Assembly: GCF_964204645.1 (NCBI RefSeq)
Contig: NC_134025.1
Coordinates: forward strand, 8,122,001 to 8,186,000
Direction: 5' to 3'
DNA from: Tubulanus polymorphus
Taxonomy: Eukaryota; Animalia; Nemertea
Length of the DNA: 64,000 nucleotides
Shown one piece after another: positions 57,789 through 64,000 of the stretch (within the stretch, counting starts at the first letter, position 1; each line of letters opens with the position of its first letter). The position numbers were made by a program, and so were the translations under genes. A model generated the notes under the pieces. That model did no database searches. It saw nothing but the letters and a program-made list of their open reading frames with translations, and had not been told where the DNA came from.

Positions 57789-60700
57789 ATGGCGAAATTT
57801 AGCCTCCCGCTTTCGGCATTCTGTCTCATTATTCTATTGAACAAAAGCTTGGTGTCAGATGGCAGGGGGGATGCATCAAGTTGCTGCGATATAAAAACGG
57901 AAAAGTTTGTATGCTGTTTTATTAGGTAGGCTATCTAATATTCGTAAGTCTGTTTGTTTTTATGTATTCTATTATGTACATAAAATTGAATCGCAATAAG
58001 GCTGTTATTAACAATATTAAACTATGTATAACCATGAACATTGGAAATTATTATTTCGACAGTTTTTATAGTTATTATATCGAAAAATAACATTTTATTT
58101 ACGGGTTTTAGTCTTTGCGATGGGAATGTTTCTCGGCTTGAGCTGTAAGTATCATAAATAAGCAACTCAAAATAAATCCATTATATTATTTCAAATCGCT
58201 CACGGATTGAGTATTGAAGAATGACATTCGCTCATTTTAGTGATTCGTCATTCAAAAGAAAATGTATTTGCAAGGATGAGTTCAAAGACTACGTTAACCT
58301 GAACTCGCTGTGAGTATCAAAAAATGATATATTGTAACCTAAGAAGTTATTCATAGTTCGATTTAATCTATATTTGAAGATCTTTCTAGTAAACATCTTT
58401 TTAGGAATATTCTTACATTACAGAAATCTATCAAATAATCTTATCAAATATGTACATGAAGATGCGTTTTCCCACAATGAAAATTTGGAAGTTCTGTAAG
58501 TATTCCTTTACTAAGGTCTTTTTGGTTGATTCGTGAAATGGATTCCCGTGTAGAGCTCATAGATTATTCATGTACTCCGTACATAGGAAAGCATTGTTTC
58601 ATATAATTCTAGCGATTTGTCGTATAACAACATAAGTACGTTGAAGAAGGAAACGTTCGAAAACACAGCAAAACTGAAATTTCTGTAAGTAAATAAGAAC
58701 CTAAACCTAAATAAGTTAGCAGATTCATATCGATCGATCAATAGAAAATTGATGAAACAAAATATGTTTAGTGTTGCATTCTTATGCATTCAAACACACG
58801 ACCGCACGTGATGAGTTCCTTTAAGTAAAACAAGATTTCTAGCAGGACACCGTAAACAGATTTGGAAAAAATTCATTTGATAATCATGTGCTTTAGCAAA
58901 TGTTCGACAAGGAAAGCTTTTGTCAATTAATGACATAGAGAAAATTATTTCAGTACCAAAAATAGTATGTTTCTACTTTCCATCATCTACATTAAGAAAT
59001 ATTCATCATTAATGTTAATTTGAAGATCTTTCAGCTTTTCAGAAATATTCTTACATTACAGAAATCTATCAAATAATCATATTAAAAGTATTCATGAAGG
59101 TGCATTTTCCTACAATGAAAATTTGGAAGTTCTGTAAGTATTCTTTTACTAATGCCATTTTGCTGAAATGGATTCCCGTGTAGAGCTCGTAAATTATTCA
59201 TGTACTCCGTACATAGGAAAGCATTGTTTCATATAATTCTAGCAATTTGTCGTATAACAACATAATTACGTTGCACCAGGACACGTTCGAAAACACAGCA
59301 AAACTGAAATATCTGTAAGTGATCACAAACCTTAACCAAACATCGTGTCTTAGAGAAAAATAAGAATAAATGAAAAACTGAAATGATTTGAAAGAAAAAT
59401 ATACAAGTTAGTTGATTCATATCGATCGATCTACAGACGATTGATAAAACAAATATTTTCTCTTTTGCATCTTAATGCGTTCCTGTCAGTAAAACAAGAT
59501 TTGTAGCAGGACGCCGTAAATCAGATTTGGAAAAAATCATTTTCATTTTATAATCATGTCTCTTTGGTGAATTGGATTCCCGTGTAGAGCTCATAGATTA
59601 TTCATGTACACTGACATAGGAAAGCATTGTTTCATATAATTCTAGCGATTTGTCGTATAACAACATAAGTACGTTGCACCAGGACACGTTCGAAAACACA
59701 GCAAAACTGAAATATCTGTAAGTGATCACAAACCTTAACCAAACATCGTGTCTTAGAGAAAAATAAGAATAAATGAAAAACAGAAATGATTTGAAAGAAA
59801 AATATACAAGTTAGTTGATTCATATCGATCGATCTACAGACAATTGATAAAACAAATATGTTCTCTGTTGCATCTTAATGCGTTCCTGTCAGTAAAACAA
59901 GATTTGTAGTAGGACGCCGTAAATCAGATTTGGAAAAAATCATTTTCATTTTATAATCATGTCTCTTTGGTGAATTGGATTCCCGTGTAGAGCTCATAGA
60001 TTATTAATGTACTCCGTACATAGGAAAGCATTGTTTCATATAATTCTAGCGATTTGTCGTATAACAACATAAGTACGTTGAAGAAGGAAACGTTCGAAAA
60101 CACAGCAAAACTGAAATATCTGTAAGTGATCACAAACCTTAACCAAACATCGTGTCTTAGAGAAAAATAAGAATAAATGAAAAACAGAAATGATTTGAAA
60201 GAAAAATATACAAGTTAGTTGATTCATATCGATCGATCTACAGACAATTGATAAAACAAATATGTTCTCTGTTGCATCTTAATGCGTTCCTGTCAGTAAA
60301 ACAAGATTTGTAGTAGGACGCCGTAAATCAGATTTGGAAAAAATCATTTTCATTTAATAATCATGTCTCTTAGTAACAAAATCAGTAATAAAACATGCTG
60401 AAAGATCGTTTAATCTAGTTTGATATTGCTATGTATTGTCATACATTTCAGATATTTGACAGACAACCGAATCGATTGTAGTTTGAACAATACGTTATTC
60501 AAACATATTTCTGAATTAACGTAAGTGAAATGAATGTATCAGATTGTATGTTTGATTCCGCGTTTCTGTGCCTCCGTGTTTCCTCCGTTTCCCTGGGATA
60601 GAGCGAGCAATTGGGCTTAAACGCACGTGACTAAAGGGAGACGCTCGTTAACATGTTTTTATCTCCTGTTCCTGCGTTTCCCTGTGTCGTATTTACACGA

Positions 60701-63700
60701 CAATTTCATCAATTTTCATGATATTCTTCGTACCGAGACCATGATTCTATATTTTACAGTCTTGTCTGTGCGGATAGTAAGTGCACTAACAACTGTATCG
60801 AAGAAACCGACTCCTTCAGTGAGTAAGTGGTTACTTATTTTAGGATAGACCCTATGCCAATACCGATCTATAGATCTAGATAGTTTTACTTATAGATTAG
60901 CGTTGATTGATTGAGATTTATTTCAGTTTCATTTCAAGTTGCTCGCCGGGGCATTCTTCGGTCTCTCAACGAATGAAACCAACAACCACGTCCAAACCCA
61001 CTATTACCACGGACATGCATCTTAATAAAGGTAAAATTATAGAATAAACGGACCATCATCATCCTTTATCATTCCGTGTCAATGGAAAATATTCTTATAA
61101 TTTAAAATATTCTCAAATATTCTTTAAAAAAATCTTTTTTTGAGTTTACTCCGACTATCAGCAACTGGAAATTATAAGTTTACATTATAGGGGGGAAATC
61201 CAGGAAAGCTTTTCAGAACCTATATAACCTCACTGGCAAGAGGCGGAAAGGGAAAAAGGACGTTACTGAATCACTGGAAGCTATCGATACGATTTTATCG
61301 GATGAAGAGATATTTGGGAGTCTCGTTCAAAGTGAGACAGTTCGGGGCCTTGTCGACGCGTTCAGCGATTTGATTGACGTAAACCAAACTGTTCTCGATG
61401 AGATACAAAATTCCAACAACAGTATCAGGAAGTAGGACTCGGGGAGAAGTGCTCTTTTATCGAATAATGTTAGTAGAATACTGGATTTCTGATCAGGAAA
61501 CTATTTCTGTTTCAGAGTGTTGAAACAAATTGAACACTTATCAAACAAGATAGTCGTCTACGGAAACGAATCCATAACTGTGAGACAAAAGAATATTGAG
61601 CTACGCGTCATCTCGCCAGATAGCATCGAAGATAAAGGAATGACTCTTCATTTCTCTGCCGAAGTAAGTAGTGATATGATAACCATATAAGGATTGTATT
61701 CTGATTACAAACTAGTAATAAAATGTACCCTTTTTTCAAGGATGGAACCGATGAAACAAACGTTTATTTGCCAAAGTCAATTTCTAAGGAAAACGAGACG
61801 GTAAAAATTGTGTTCTATCCGAATACGGCACTTTTTCAGGTAAGAATTAAACGTTGTTTATCATATTGGTTTGGAGTCTAGATCTAATAGAAATTTACTG
61901 TGTATCGCAGGCGTTGGAAGCACAAGGAAGGCGCAATGTTGTAAGCCAAGGATTTCTCACTAGCAAGGTTCTCGCAGTTAGTGTTGGAATGCATGAAAAA
62001 GCTGACCTTCCACAGCCGATTATCTTGAAATTTCGAAATTTGAATCGCCAAGATCCTACTAAGGTATATGCCTTATGAAACTCGTTACTGGTGTTGTACG
62101 TGTCTCGAAAACTCTATATGCAGAGGAGATCGGCATCATAACGGTCATGATCTCTACTAGGGGAAATAACCTTCATTATGCGTTAAATGAATTTCGCAAT
62201 CGTAGATAATGCATGAGAATAGCTGTTATTGAAGCAGTCAAATAGTCCCGTAGAGTTTTATCACACGTTTGAGTCTAGCCCACCTGTATATAACGCGAAA
62301 ATTTGCACGTAAAGCGACTAATATTATAGGTTCGAACCCCTGATGATGTTCCTTCGTTCATTTGAACAAAGTTTATAAGGTCGCGTTATGAATTATTATA
62401 CACAGCAAAGTGTGGTGCGGTGTGTATTCTGGGATTTTATGGCGAACGACGGGAAAGGAAACTGGTCGACAGAAGGATGTTTAACTACAGTTACTGTATC
62501 TGGAATCACGTCCTGTGAATGTAACCATCTTACAAACTTCGCATTGTTAATGGTACATAAGCAGCTTCCGTCATTATATAGAATGCAGTTATGAAATGGC
62601 AATTTTGATTGATATTTACTTTGTTACTTTATAGAATGTTTATGATGCGAGTAGCCGCCAAATTTCAACTCAGCAAAACAGATCACTTTCTATTCTGTCA
62701 ATAGCTGGTTGTGTACTTTCACTGGTTGGGTTGTTTTTAACTCTGTTGACTTACATTATGTTCCGGTTTGTTGAAATTTAGATGAGTAAAAACTCACAAT
62801 ATAACTCATTTTTAAACTTCCGTGCACTGGTAACATGACTCATGCACAATCGAACATCATGAATATTTTTTTCTAATTCAAGAGGATACCAATTCTGTTT
62901 TTAGGAAACTACGGAAAAGTATCCCGTCCCAGTTACTGATTTGCCTCTGTGTTGCTCTATTCTGCGTCGATATTGTTTTCCTCTTCGAATCAAGCGTCAA
63001 AATCGATATGACCCTTTGCAAGGTTTGTTTGGCGATCATAGATTACTTGAAAATACCCGCTTAGTTTACATTCGGCATAAGATGTTAACGATACGATTAT
63101 AATTTTGATTTAGATCGCTGCGGTGTTGCTGCATTACTTTCTACTGAGCAGCTTCACTTGGATGTTAATAGAGGCGTTCTATATGTATTTGGCCCTCATT
63201 AAGGTTTTTCAACCATACTTCAATCGGATTCTTTTAAAATTCAGTTTAGTCGGCTGGGGTAAGTGAAACATGAATCTCTAGTCTCATTTGCATCATATTC
63301 TGTATATTTTGATAATTACCAAGATTTGTTCTTTTCTGAAAAAAAACTGACTGAAATGTTGTTCCCATCCCTAGGTCTTCCATTGATTATCGTAATCATT
63401 ACAATGGCGGTGTCTTTTCAAAGTTATGGCCTTCAAGGGGCATCTGGTCAAAATATGTAAGGATCACAATACGTTTCGTTTCAGAACTAATGAACATACA
63501 TTTCTTCTAAAGGTCTATTATATTCTCTCTTGAAGTTGCTGGTTGAAAGAGAAGGCATTTTACGGGGCTTTTCTGGCACCGGTTTGCCTGATTTTGCTAA
63601 TAAATTCAGCGACCTTCGTTATGGTTATCAAACAAATTCACCAAATGACTAAAAGGAGAGCAATGCATGTGACGAATCAAGAAAAAATGTCAATTTCCTC

Positions 63701-63933
63701 TCAAATAAAAGGAGCAATAGGAGTGTTGCTGTTGCTTGGACTCACTTGGATATTCGGACTACTGTCTATCAAAGAAACAGCGACATCGATATTCAGCTAT
63801 ATATTCGTACTGCTGAATGCTCTTCAGGGGCTGTTTATATTTGTATTCTACTGCGTTTTGAAGAAGGAAGTACGAGTGGCTTGGAAAAACGTACTTGACA
63901 AAAAGGACACCGTCTTCCTTTCAAATAACAAAG
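57789..63933 (+). CDS. Adhesion GPCR B (multi-exon, 3' end beyond window): signal, LRRs, Ser/Thr stalk, GAIN/GPS, secretin-like 7TM
   Basis: ATG at 57789 ([17 protein letters not shown]); LRR exons 58424-58495 and 59062-59133; GAIN exons 61.2-62.06 kb; GPS exon 62406-62552 ([11 protein letters not shown]); TM exons 62634-63933 ([39 protein letters not shown]). Confidence 0.88.
58372..60372. repeat. Intragenic tandem duplications: a 638-bp-period LRR exon+intron unit, then an about 404-bp intronic unit three times
   Basis: GGATTCCCGTGTAGAGCTC recurs at about 58541, 59171, 59574 and 59977. Only the first two units are preceded by an LRR exon. Confidence 0.93.
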
Positions 63934-64000
63934 GCATGTTTTGTTTTCGATTTTTACGTTCTAACTGTCGGGGAAAATCATTTATACAAGTTAGTATTAA

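Noticed and set aside
59229-60227. Three near-identical 63-aa minus-strand ORFs, or a CRISPR-like array
   Set aside because: Products of an about 404-bp intronic tandem repeat; no unique spacers, no cas genes, eukaryotic context.
62335-62390. Hammerhead-like CTGATGA..GTTC..GAAC in an intron
   Set aside because: The required GAAA after stem II and a convincing stem III and cleavage triplet are missing.

Overview
AT-rich eukaryotic DNA with short GT-AG introns. It looks like a marine invertebrate genome, but the taxon cannot be fixed from sequence alone. From left to right: (1) 1-4.3 kb has no long ORF but holds degenerate repeats and a long imperfect inverted repeat (arms about 240 bp) whose mismatches are mostly G-U compatible on the minus strand. 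(2) A near full-length RTE-X-like LINE (about 4.6-9.26 kb); ORF1 and ORF2 are in frame and separated by one TAG, and the RT domain has a deletion. (3) Three tandem, almost intronless GRL101-like LGR genes of about 2020 aa (CUB, C-type lectin, LDLa, LRR, 7TM). Two are intact; the third is a pseudogene hit by stops, a solo LTR and a CR1/L2 LINE. (4) A minus-strand GH3-domain gene with degenerate adenylation motifs; fragments of it were co-duplicated with the LGRs. (5) Two divergently transcribed LRR-containing adhesion GPCR genes. One has a Ly6/uPAR domain, the other a freshly duplicated LRR exon, and they share a near-identical GPS exon. Many small mobile elements are present, including a MITE that supplies the last four codons and the stop of both intact LGRs. 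All calls were made by eye from motifs and alignments; no database search was run.
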